A stretch of DNA of 64,000 nt from an uncultured archaeon (GTDB taxonomy: Archaea > Thermoproteota > Bathyarchaeia > Bathyarchaeales > Bathycorpusculaceae), in contig CAWALK010000015.1 in NCBI GenBank assembly GCA_963782915.1, forward strand, positions 192,001 to 256,000. Reading direction: 5' to 3'. The notes under the pieces were generated by a model that did no database searches, had not been told where the DNA came from, and worked only from the letters and a program-made list of their open reading frames with translations. The position numbers and the translations under genes were made by a program. Position 1 is the first letter of the stretch; each line of letters begins with the position of its first letter. Positions 30,124-38,951 of this stretch are shown one piece after another.

Positions 30124-30690
30124 ATGAGTAAACGAAAACCCATCATTAACATACAAAACATTGTCGCTTCAGTTTCTCTTAACCAGAAAATCGACTTACA
30201 AAAAATCGTCGAGAAATTCCCACAGACCGAATACAACCCATCCGTATTCCCGGGCTTGGTTTTCCGCTTAAAAAAACCAAAAACCGCAACCTTGATTTTC
30301 GGCACGGGCAAAATGGTCTGCACAGGCGCAAAATCCGAAAAGGAATCACGTAGCGCAGTAGAGAAAGTTGTGAAGGAACTCCGCGGTGAAGGCATCCAAA
30401 TTACTGAGAAACCAATCGTTAACATTCAAAACATCGTTGCTTCAGCTGAACTCGGCGGAGAAATTGACCTTGAAAGCTTAGTTTACAAGCTTGAACGCGT
30501 CATGTATGAACCTGAACAGTTTCCAGGCGCAGTCTTCCGCATGGCTGAACCCAAAGTGGTCTTCTTAATCTTCAGTGCTGGCAAACTGGTTTGTGTTGGC
30601 GCAAAGAAAGAAGAGCAAGTCTACGAAGCAGTGGATAAGATTCAGCAGTTGCTCGAAGAAAAAGAACTCATCTACTATCCCACAGCATAA
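30124..30690 (+). CDS. tbp: TATA-box binding protein
   Basis: Two repeats of NIQNIVAS...Y.P..FPG.VFR...LIF..GK.VC.GAK. Confidence 0.98.
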   Translation: MSKRKPIINIQNIVASVSLNQKIDLQKIVEKFPQTEYNPSVFPGLVFRLKKPKTATLIFGTGKMVCTGAKSEKESRSAVEKVVKELRGEGIQITEKPIVNIQNIVASAELGGEIDLESLVYKLERVMYEPEQFPGAVFRMAEPKVVFLIFSAGKLVCVGAKKEEQVYEAVDKIQQLLEEKELIYYPTA

Positions 30691-30768
30691 ACCTTTTTTA
30701 TTCCTCCAACACAGCCCCCGAATGGCTGTTTGTTGGAAAAACATTTTTGTTTATAATTAATAGTTAGT

Positions 30769-30805
30769 GTTCCAAATGTGGAACGTAGTGTTCCTTGTGT
30801 AGAAC
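30769..30805 (+). promoter_or_regulatory. Tandem palindromic operator (GTTCC-N6-RGAAC-type x2, 21-bp period)
   Basis: GTTCCAAATGTGGAAC and GTTCCTTGTGTAGAAC just downstream of TTTATAATTAA. Confidence 0.55.
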
Positions 30806-30832
30806 TAAAAGAAGCAATAGTCTACTCAATTT

Positions 30833-32203
30833 ATGGTTCAGTACATGAAAAAAGCTATCCTCTACGCAATCATCGGCACATTACTAATCTCTATGGCTTC
30901 AGTGAGCTTTCTTGGTGCTAAAGCACTAAACGCACCAAACGAAAATGTCTGGATAGCAAAAGCCCAAATGCATATTGCAAGAGGCGATTTAGGCGTCGCC
31001 AGCGCCAATGGCAAAATGTATGCCCTAGGCGGAATAACAAAACCTCCCCAAATCGACTTAACCGCACACACAACTCTACCCACATTTACCGCAGCGGAGT
31101 TTACCGATAGAAACGAAGAATATGACCCCAAAACCAACGCTTGGACATTCAAAGCGGACATGCCAATTGCAAGATCAAATTTTGCCACAGCAGTAATCGA
31201 CGGAAAAATCTACTGCATTGGAGGCACTGGCATCAACTCTATGGTTACAGTTACGGATGTCTATAACCCAGCCAATGACACTTGGGAAACCAAAGCATCG
31301 CTACCAGAAATCGTATCCCGCATACAAGCAAATGTGATAGATGGAAAAATCTATTTGATAAGCGATAGGACAAATTATGTTTATGATCCAGCAGTTAACA
31401 ATTGGAGAGCATTTGAGTCGATGCCAACTAGACCTAACGGTTCCTATTGTTCCTGTTCATTTGGCGATAAACTCTATGTTTTGGCTTCGCCCTTCATACA
31501 AATCTATGATCCCACTTATGGCAACTGGACAAGGGGTACACAGATTCCGATTAAGTTAACTCAGCCAATCGCAGTTGCAGCTTGTGGTGTTGATGCGCCA
31601 AGTCGGATTTACATTTTCGACGGAACAATAGTTGCAGCCTATGATCCCCAAACTACGGTTTGGGAAGCAGGCGCCAATTTACCGCCAACACAAACAACAA
31701 TGGATTATACCATAAAAGAAGTTACAAACCAAGGACATTACGATGTTTCAGTGCTAAACGATGTAATCTATGTAGTCGGCGGCCAAGACGCAAGTTACCT
31801 TCAACTTGCCATTAATCAGCAATATACACCATTTGGTTATGGCACCGTTTCACCGCAAATCAGTGTTATTTCGCCAAATGCAATGAATTATTCCACAAAC
31901 AACGTTACATTATCATTTATGGTCAACAAACCAGTAAATTCAACCATACTCCAACTAGACACACAAAACCAAACAGTAACGGGAAACTGCACATTAACCA
32001 ACCTAACAAACGGTCCACACAGCATCAAAATCTATGCCACCGACACCTTTGGCAACATAGGCGCTTCACAAACAATCACATTCAACATAGCCCTTCCAGA
32101 AAAGCCCCCTCAGAATCCTTCGATCGCTGTCTTTTTGGGTTTTTCAGCAGCAATAATTACCGTTGCAGCAGTTTTGCTACTTTACAAAAGACGGAGACAT
32201 TAG
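30833..32203 (+). CDS. Membrane-anchored Kelch-repeat protein with Ig-like domain
   Basis: Signal peptide, repeated GKIY.IGG...YDP..N.W, NLTNG.H...IYATD..GN, C-terminal TM followed by KRRR. Confidence 0.88.
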   Translation: MVQYMKKAILYAIIGTLLISMASVSFLGAKALNAPNENVWIAKAQMHIARGDLGVASANGKMYALGGITKPPQIDLTAHTTLPTFTAAEFTDRNEEYDPKTNAWTFKADMPIARSNFATAVIDGKIYCIGGTGINSMVTVTDVYNPANDTWETKASLPEIVSRIQANVIDGKIYLISDRTNYVYDPAVNNWRAFESMPTRPNGSYCSCSFGDKLYVLASPFIQIYDPTYGNWTRGTQIPIKLTQPIAVAACGVDAPSRIYIFDGTIVAAYDPQTTVWEAGANLPPTQTTMDYTIKEVTNQGHYDVSVLNDVIYVVGGQDASYLQLAINQQYTPFGYGTVSPQISVISPNAMNYSTNNVTLSFMVNKPVNSTILQLDTQNQTVTGNCTLTNLTNGPHSIKIYATDTFGNIGASQTITFNIALPEKPPQNPSIAVFLGFSAAIITVAAVLLLYKRRRH

Positions 32204-32209
32204 CGGCTG

Positions 32210-32929
32210 CTAATAGCGCATTCTTCGCCTAACCGCAGGATTTTGCTCTGAGAGCTTTTTGGTTGCTAACTCAAAGGTTTCATCGGGCGACAACTCTTTT
32301 TTAACAAAAACCCCTGTTCGCCCAATCGCATCGCGCCTTGTTAGAGCTCGTACTCTGTCAAGGACTGTTTCCGCTGAAATTCCAAGCAGTTTCGCAACGG
32401 ATTCTTCTTTGCCGATGATGCTGCTCTCAATATGGCCTTTTTCTGTGGGTTCAATGAGCATAAGTCGTTTATCAACGCCAGCCATACGTAGATTGCTTTT
32501 GAGTTGGGTTAGGTTTGCTTCTCCTCCGAATCGGTAGAATTCCCGTTCCACACGGCGCATTTCCATCAAAGGAAAACTAACAGTCGTTGTCTCGTCAACT
32601 GTGATGTGGGCTTTCATGGCGTAATTAGGTGTTGCCTGCACAATCAAACGCGCATTAATCGGTATTTTGGCTTTTTCAAGCGCAGTTTCAACCAGAAAAC
32701 TATTCTGCACTTCCCCAATGAAAACATCAACGTCGCTGCTTTCTTTGACGTCGCCCCTTGCTACGCTGCCATGAACAGTGGATTGCAGATGGAACGCTTC
32801 CAATGCAGCCATAACAGGCATGGCTTTTTCGCGGAGCGCCTTTAGTTGTGTCCAGCGTGCACTGCTATAGGTTACTTCGCCGTAGTCGTCGCGTTTTGAG
32901 GGTTTAGTAGCCATCTTTTTGCCAGCCAA
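32210..32929 (-). CDS. Conserved archaeal nucleotidyltransferase (COG2413-like)
   Basis: HGSVARGDV...SDVDV, EREFY.FGG, GVDKRL.LIEP, R.D..GRTGVF. Confidence 0.88.
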   Translation of the reverse strand: MAGKKMATKPSKRDDYGEVTYSSARWTQLKALREKAMPVMAALEAFHLQSTVHGSVARGDVKESSDVDVFIGEVQNSFLVETALEKAKIPINARLIVQATPNYAMKAHITVDETTTVSFPLMEMRRVEREFYRFGGEANLTQLKSNLRMAGVDKRLMLIEPTEKGHIESSIIGKEESVAKLLGISAETVLDRVRALTRRDAIGRTGVFVKKELSPDETFELATKKLSEQNPAVRRRMRY

Positions 32930-33046
32930 ATCAAATCTTTATGTGACCATCGCTGTTTTTGTTTGATAAAAGTTTTGTCCTATCGCACGCACAGTCGGGT
33001 ATAGCTTTCAATATGGGGGCTCTCGCTTGTTTTGACAAAGCTTTCT

Positions 33047-33223
33047 TTACTTAACAAGATCTTCGCTTGAAACAATAATTACAGGGTACTGCATTGAACC
33101 ACCTGATTTGTTACCTGTGTTTTCATGCCCCTTTATACATCTCATTCCGTATTTTGTTTTGGTTTCATTTTCCCAAATCTTTTCTGTTGGTCCACCACAA
33201 ATGGGGCACTTAAAATCTTTCAT
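33047..33223 (-). CDS. Small CPxC...CxxxH Zn-ribbon protein (58 aa)
   Basis: MKDFKCPICGGPTEKIWENETKTKYGMRCIKGHENTG...PVIIVSSEDLVK*; GGTGA RBS. Confidence 0.65.
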   Translation of the reverse strand: MKDFKCPICGGPTEKIWENETKTKYGMRCIKGHENTGNKSGGSMQYPVIIVSSEDLVK

Positions 33224-33465
33224 AATTTTTTCACCAAAAACACTGCCGCTTCAATACTTTTTAAGTGGTCACCTTCAGTTAAGGTTTTTCGCTGTTTTAA
33301 GCGAAAATCTGTGATTAACACTTCTACTACACATTTCTTTAGGCCGATAGTGTAAATTTCCCAATCCATCAGATAACTAAAAAAAGAAAAAAGAAGGGTA
33401 GAGAGTGATGTTTGCGGGTCAATCTATATTTACTTATACACGCCAAATTACGCTGTGAACTCTTG

Positions 33466-34407
33466 ATGGATACGCCAGTTTGCACAGTTTGCCACACGCA
33501 TGAAGCCTTCTTCTATAGGCAAACCTCTGGCGAACGATTATGCAAAAAATGCTTCACAGAATCCATCGAAGCAAAAGTCCGCCAAACCATAACTCGTTAC
33601 CACATGCTAAAATATAACGATCATTTGGCGGTGGCGGTTTCAGGCGGCAAAGACAGCCTAAGCATACTCTACATACTCGCGAAACTGCGAAAGTATAGGC
33701 CACAGACAACCTTAACTGCGGTTACGGTTGATGAAGGCATCAGTGGTTACCGCGACGAAGCCCTAACCATAGCAGCAGACGTTTGCAAGCAACTTGAGGT
33801 TCCACATCACATCGTCTCCTTCAAGGACCTCTACGGTTTCACACTCGACGAAATCGTCGCCAAAGCACAATGAGAAGGGCAAAAACGAGTTGACACCATG
33901 CGCTTACTGTGGTGTACTGCGCCGAAGAGCCATAAACGTGGGCGCAAGAGAAGTAAAAGCCACAAAAATCGCCACAGGCCACACACTCGACGACGAAGCC
34001 CAAACCGTGCTCATGAACATTCTCCGCGGCGACATCGCACGGTTAGCTAAAGAAAAACCCGTAACCAGCGAAGTCCACCCACTTGTTCGTTCAAAAAATT
34101 AAGCCGTTCTGTGAAATCCCCGAAAAAGAAAGCGCCCTATACGCTTACGTGAAAAATATTGCTTTCCAAGATACACCTTGCCCATACGCTTCCGAAGCCC
34201 TGCGCAATGACATCCGGGGAATGCTAAACCGCATGGAGGAGAAGCATGCTGGAACCAAATTCACGGTTTCCCGAGCCATCGAGAAGCTGCGTCCAGCGAT
34301 TGAGTTAACAGCTAAAAAGGAAGATTTCAAACTCTGCCGCGAATGCGGTGAACCCTCAGCTAGGCGAGTTATGCAAAACCTGTGAAATGCTGCGTTTTGT
34401 GCGTTAG
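33466..34407 (+). CDS. ncsA: tRNA 2-thiolation protein NcsA/TtuA (TIGR00269-like), about 3 frameshifts
   Basis: N-terminal Zn finger, [10 protein letters not shown]-loop, [21 protein letters not shown]-terminal CRECGEP...CKTC spread across ORF pieces. Confidence 0.85.
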
Positions 34408-34610
34408 GGTTTGCGGTCAAAGCCCCGTTCGCTTTTTAGTTTTCGTATTATCTCTGAAGCCTCAAACGCCGTATTTGCGGCAGCAACCTTCTGTGCTTTC
34501 TGCAAATTAACGTTTGCACCGCAATACGGGCAGATTTTGGTTTTTTGATCCTTAGCTGCAAGGATGTAGCCGCCGCATTTAGTGCATTTGAGGATTAGCG
34601 TTACCGTCAT
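34404..34610 (-). CDS. DUF1922-like Zn-ribbon protein
   Basis: CTKCG...KTKICPYCG...ASE....LK. Confidence 0.75.
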   Translation of the reverse strand: MTVTLILKCTKCGGYILAAKDQKTKICPYCGANVNLQKAQKVAAANTAFEASEIIRKLKSERGFDRKP

Positions 34611-34682
34611 TTCGGTTGGCTTCCGAAAGCCTTTTCCACACACAAGCTCATAACAGTTTAGTCTAGGGAAGAGAGAGCATAC

Positions 34683-35046
34683 ATGAGCATTGATGAGGAA
34701 CAGGCAAAGCCACGATCCCCTTTGTTGGATTTGGCGATTTTATACTTCAAAAAAGAAGGCTACAAAGTTAACAGCGAAAACGTCAAGCTGGAGGGGCATA
34801 GCGGCGTTTTGCGGCATTTTGATTTGATTGTGCAGAAGGGACGATTGGAGCAGGGTGTTTGGGTGAGGGATTGGAACCGCACCATCGGAGTTAACGTGAT
34901 TATTAATTTGGATACTTCTTCAGAGGATGTGGATTTGTCTAGTCCGATTATGATTGGGGAAAAATTTAGTGACCACGCCAAATCTTACAGTAACCGCCGA
35001 AAGATTTCGTTTGCTTACTAAGCAGAAACTTGGCAGCTTAAGATAA
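34683..35046 (+). CDS. Small restriction-endonuclease-fold (Mrr-like) protein, frameshift near 35008
   Basis: GY.V.....LEG.SG..R.FDL.V, FS..AK.Y...R.I.L pattern. Confidence 0.6.
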
Positions 35047-35048
35047 GC

Positions 35049-35630
35049 TTAGACTTTGAGGTACTGGTCGGTTAATCCTTCCCGTTCCAGCATACCCAGC
35101 CAATCAACGAAGCCACTAGAGCATTTTTTGCCGTTGCTAAGAACATCAAGCATTATAGCCACAACATCTTGGGTTGTTTGCCCTGAAATGTCGAGTTCGC
35201 AGACTTTTCCTTCTTGGTAATCGAGTGCTTCGATTAGGCAATTATCAAGGATCTCTGCGGATAGGTTTTCGTCGATTTTTGCTTCGTTAAAGCCGCAGTT
35301 AATCATTTGTGCCTTGAGTTCGATTGGGTTTCTGCGCAAAACGAAAACTTGTGTGACAAGTTCTGTGGGGGTTACGGCTGCTGCGTAGTGCCCATCGATG
35401 ATGATATTATCGTTGCTGCTGGCTTTGATGGTTTCGGCAAGGCTTTTGCTCATGGCGTCTTCGTCGATTATCGTGGTTTGGCGTTCCTTATCTTCGCCCA
35501 ATGTTAAGCCGTTGGTTTTGGCGTAATCGGTTAAGTTGATGTATTCAGCGTTGAGTTTGGCGGTTAAGGCTTTGGCGGTTGTGGTTTTGCCCACTGCTGG
35601 TGTGCCTGTGAGGAGTATAACGCGTTTCAT
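35049..35630 (-). CDS. Adenylate kinase, AK6/Fap7 type
   Basis: ILLTGTPAVGKTT, IIDGHY, VFVLR, KI.EN..AE. Confidence 0.9.
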   Translation of the reverse strand: MKRVILLTGTPAVGKTTTAKALTAKLNAEYINLTDYAKTNGLTLGEDKERQTTIIDEDAMSKSLAETIKASSNDNIIIDGHYAAAVTPTELVTQVFVLRRNPIELKAQMINCGFNEAKIDENLSAEILDNCLIEALDYQEGKVCELDISGQTTQDVVAIMLDVLSNGKKCSSGFVDWLGMLEREGLTDQYLKV

Positions 35631-35678
35631 GCTCAGAAAAAACTATAACCCCCTTATATATACCTACAATGCAGTAAA

Positions 35679-36230
35679 ATGCGGAAGTGGTTCGGATTGA
35701 TCATTCGAGAAACAACCCCCGCAGACCTCCAAGACATACTATATGTGGAACATGAAGCATTCAAACGAGACTCAGAACCCCAGTTTACCAGAGACATGCT
35801 TGTTGACCCTTCAGCACAACCATGCCTCTCATTACTGGCATACATCGATAATCAACCAGTTGGGCATATCCTCTTCACCCACGCCTACTTGGCAAACAAC
35901 CCAAAAGTTGAGGTTTCGTTTTTGGCTCCCTTGGCGGTTGTACCGAAATTTCAGAAGCAAGGCATCGGCGGTGCACTAATCAAAGAGGGATTGGCGCGCC
36001 TAACTAAATCAGGCGTTGACTTAATCTTCGTAGTCGGTCACCCAACATATTATCCACGCTATGGCTTTACACCCGCAAGCAAATTGGGTTTTGAACCAAC
36101 TTATCCGATGCCCCCCGAAGTTGCTGATGCATGGATGGTACAGGCACTTCGTCCAGGGATAATCGGCTCTGTGTCTGGTAAAGTGATTTGTTGTGACGTG
36201 ATGAATAAGCCTGAAGTTTGGCGAGAATAA
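35679..36230 (+). CDS. GNAT N-acetyltransferase (YhbS-like)
   Basis: VGHILFT, LAPLAV.P.FQKQGIG..LI, VVGHP.YYPRYGF. Confidence 0.92.
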   Translation: MRKWFGLIIRETTPADLQDILYVEHEAFKRDSEPQFTRDMLVDPSAQPCLSLLAYIDNQPVGHILFTHAYLANNPKVEVSFLAPLAVVPKFQKQGIGGALIKEGLARLTKSGVDLIFVVGHPTYYPRYGFTPASKLGFEPTYPMPPEVADAWMVQALRPGIIGSVSGKVICCDVMNKPEVWRE

Positions 36231-36251
36231 CACAAGCCTTAGAAGCGTAGC

Positions 36252-36285
36252 TGCTTTGCAGAGGGACCCCCTCCCTTATTTATAG
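36252..36285. repeat. Dispersed intergenic element, terminal motif only (copy 4)
   Basis: TGCTTTGCAGAGGGACCCCCTCCCTTATTTATAG. Confidence 0.65.
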
Positions 36286-36454
36286 GGTGGACGTTTGCTG
36301 CTTAGCTTGTTAATGCAGTGTGCATTCATTGAATATGCACTGTGCACAAGCAACGCTTGTCGAGGTCGGCTTGTTCTAAATGTGCATCTGCAGCCGTTAA
36401 GTCGGCAATTAGCAAAGAAACTAATTTGGGAGGCGTACGCAAAAATGCGTAACG

Positions 36455-36799
36455 CTAATGTTTGATCGCGATTAACTCGTACTTTCTAGGCTTAGCCCCA
36501 GAGGCTTTCATAGCCTGAAGCGCCTTCAAACGAGTTAAGTCGCCCATAGCGGATTCAAACACTTGCTGCTCCAACTCAGGCGTAAATTCAGTTTCATAAA
36601 TTAGAACGGTTGCCTGATAGATTTTCGCCCGCTTAATCTTGGACAAATCAATAGCCTCACTTGCGCCAAGGCACATGGGAAGGTTTTCTTCTAAATCTAG
36701 GGCGTCAACGTGACGAGCCTTGTTTTCAACTCGGGTAACTCGGAGCTTTTTTTGGACTGTTTCGACGGGTTTCCAGTCAGGTCTAAGCATACATATCAA
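36455..36799 (-). CDS. Hypothetical protein (possibly OB-fold-like)
   Basis: Clean ORF with beta-rich pattern. Confidence 0.6.
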   Translation of the reverse strand: MICMLRPDWKPVETVQKKLRVTRVENKARHVDALDLEENLPMCLGASEAIDLSKIKRAKIYQATVLIYETEFTPELEQQVFESAMGDLTRLKALQAMKASGAKPRKYELIAIKH

Positions 36800-36856
36800 A
36801 CAGCACTATGCCATGCAGTGGGATTATAAGAAATTTGCTAAAAGGAAAAAACGGTT

Positions 36857-37951
36857 TTAGCTTTGAGTTGGGGTGTCCCGATAAATGGGGTACCTCAAAA
36901 GCGCTGCTATTCCGCCCAGTGAAATCAGTTTTGATCCTGCCTCATGCTCGGTGCTAACTACGGTTATAACTGCTTGTCGCTTCTCTACGTCATGCATCAA
37001 CTGTTCAAGCTTTAATCGCTGTGGCTCATCGGCATCACGTAACGTAGTATCGGCAACGATTAGTTTTTCGATAGCTCCCATGTTAGAAGCATTCTCCACC
37101 GCAGTCAAGCCATAGGTTACTGTGCCTTCGCCTTTGCCTAACCTCTTCATGACTTCTTCCATTGTATCAGTCTCATTTACAATGCGCAACTCATGTGCCG
37201 CTTTTAGCAAAACACCCGACCGCAAAGCCTCATCGATTCCAGCTGTACCGCCGTTATTAACGCTTTTAATGTCAACGACAGCCTTGGATAGTTCCTTTGA
37301 TTCTTCTTGGAGGTAATTTACGAAGTCATTTTTTACGTATCCAGCACCGATGATGACGATAGGATTGTGGTTTGGAGTCCAAAGTTTGTGCAAACTGTCG
37401 AGTGCAAGGTGGAAGTATCCTTTTGTGGCTTCTACGCGTTTGTCGGCGTCTTGTTTTCCTGGTAATCTGGTGCGTTGGTCTACTCTTGTTTCGTAACCGT
37501 ACTGTTTGGTTTCAGCTATAGCGAAGCCTTCATCATCAATCGATAGAATTAGCAATGGCTTTTCGGTTTCGCTGGCTTTTGTTAAGCGATCCAAGAGATG
37601 TTTAGGCCATTCTTTTTTCACAATCGTCATCTGCTGGTTGAGCGCAATGGCGAGGGTGTGATGGGCTCCTGTGGGTATGATGTCTGGGGCATGAATGATT
37701 AAGCCGTGGACCCGCAGTTTACTCAGAAACTTGTCCCAACTAACCGACTCAACTTTAACGCCCATAAAAGCGGAAACCCGCTCGGCGCTTTTGGGACGCG
37801 ACGTTTCAGTGTCGCTTTTAATCGCCCGTGAACTGTAGGAGTAGACTTCGTCGCCTTTGTAGATGACGTTGTAGAGGTGCCAGAGGTCATCTGGCGTGTC
37901 AGGTACGACTTTGACATAGCCTTGTTGCAAGTTTTTCTCGGTAATCTTCAA
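36857..37951 (-). CDS. pelA: mRNA surveillance/ribosome rescue factor pelota
   Basis: P.T.DDLWHLYNVI..GD.V, G.HHTL, LPGK, EHEAG.KL..LGGIAALLRY; likely TTG start at 37951. Confidence 0.95.
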   Translation of the reverse strand: MKITEKNLQQGYVKVVPDTPDDLWHLYNVIYKGDEVYSYSSRAIKSDTETSRPKSAERVSAFMGVKVESVSWDKFLSKLRVHGLIIHAPDIIPTGAHHTLAIALNQQMTIVKKEWPKHLLDRLTKASETEKPLLILSIDDEGFAIAETKQYGYETRVDQRTRLPGKQDADKRVEATKGYFHLALDSLHKLWTPNHNPIVIIGAGYVKNDFVNYLQEESKELSKAVVDIKSVNNGGTAGIDEALRSGVLLKAAHELRIVNETDTMEEVMKRLGKGEGTVTYGLTAVENASNMGAIEKLIVADTTLRDADEPQRLKLEQLMHDVEKRQAVITVVSTEHEAGSKLISLGGIAALLRYPIYRDTPTQS

Positions 37952-38091
37952 CGATGGGACATCTCGATTGATAGTTGAATGCGTCTCAAGTAGAAATATA
38001 CTTTGGAGAACCAAACGCTTTCTAAAAAAGCCGTCATGGGAAAATTTAAATGCTCTGCAATGGAGTGTCTAGTAGAGTTTTGGTGATTTTT

Positions 38092-38424
38092 ATGGCAGGG
38101 CGAACGCTTCAGGATTTTATGTGCCATTATATGGAGGAAAAAAGTGATCCCCTCAAAGGGTGCCTACTAGCGGCGTTAGAAAACAAAGAGGGGTATCTGT
38201 GTTTACTTGTTGAGAGTTTGGGTACACCGGTTGTTTCAGAGGAAATAAGGCTCAGCGAAATGCTGACTAATGCGGGGCTGTTTTGGACTGAAGAAAAACT
38301 TAACCGAGACGGCCGTAACCGATACAAACTATTTCATTTGACTGATGCTGGACGGCAAATTGCCGAGCGGACTAAAAGTGAAGGTTTTGATGGCAAAATA
38401 GCGCAGAATATACCCGCAATTTAA
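38092..38424 (+). CDS. Winged-helix hypothetical protein
   Basis: L..AGL...E.....GR..YK.F.LT..G..IA wing pattern. Confidence 0.6.
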   Translation: MAGRTLQDFMCHYMEEKSDPLKGCLLAALENKEGYLCLLVESLGTPVVSEEIRLSEMLTNAGLFWTEEKLNRDGRNRYKLFHLTDAGRQIAERTKSEGFDGKIAQNIPAI

Positions 38425-38445
38425 CAGTTTACTTAAGGCTAACTT

Positions 38446-38514
38446 CTAAGCTACAGTATCATCCATAGACTTGATTATGTCTTCAACATAATCCAAGAAG
38501 TCTTTAACGCTCAT
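38446..38514 (-). pseudogene. Truncated HEPN (DUF86/HepT) toxin remnant
   Basis: MSVKDFLDYVEDIIKSMDDTVA*, overlapping the MNT stop (ATGA); resembles DUF86 N-terminus. Confidence 0.6.
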
Positions 38515-38819
38515 ATATTCACGACTTCTTGCAAAACATGCCTGCCTATTCTTGGCTTAAGAGCAGACTTTTCAACCAAATCCACTTTAACCTCTAAAAG
38601 CTCGCTCAAGTAATCTTCGAGTCTAACAAAATCCAAAAGTGTCAAGTTCGAGGATTCTTCAAATTCAACCAACATATCGACGTCACTTTGCTTCTTTTGG
38701 CCGCCACGTACATAAGAACCGAAAACTCCGATTTCAATAATACCGTATTTCTGGGATAGCTCTTGCTTATGGCTGGTTAGGATACGCTTAATGTCCTCGA
38801 GAGTTTTCATGACTATCAT
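38511..38819 (-). CDS. MNT minimal nucleotidyltransferase (MntA-type antitoxin)
   Basis: IGVFGSYVRG.Q...SDVD.LVEF, L.ELL..KVDLV...LKPRI. Confidence 0.92.
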   Translation of the reverse strand: MIVMKTLEDIKRILTSHKQELSQKYGIIEIGVFGSYVRGGQKKQSDVDMLVEFEESSNLTLLDFVRLEDYLSELLEVKVDLVEKSALKPRIGRHVLQEVVNI

Positions 38820-38951
38820 ATCTTAAATCTACTGTTTGAAAGTTAAGGTTTACCCCCACTAAACAACTGATTTAAAAAAATAAGCATTAAGTGTTTAGAA
38901 TTGGAAAAAAGTTTTTGAGGGAAGAAAAAAGAAACTTCCCTTTAGGACCGC

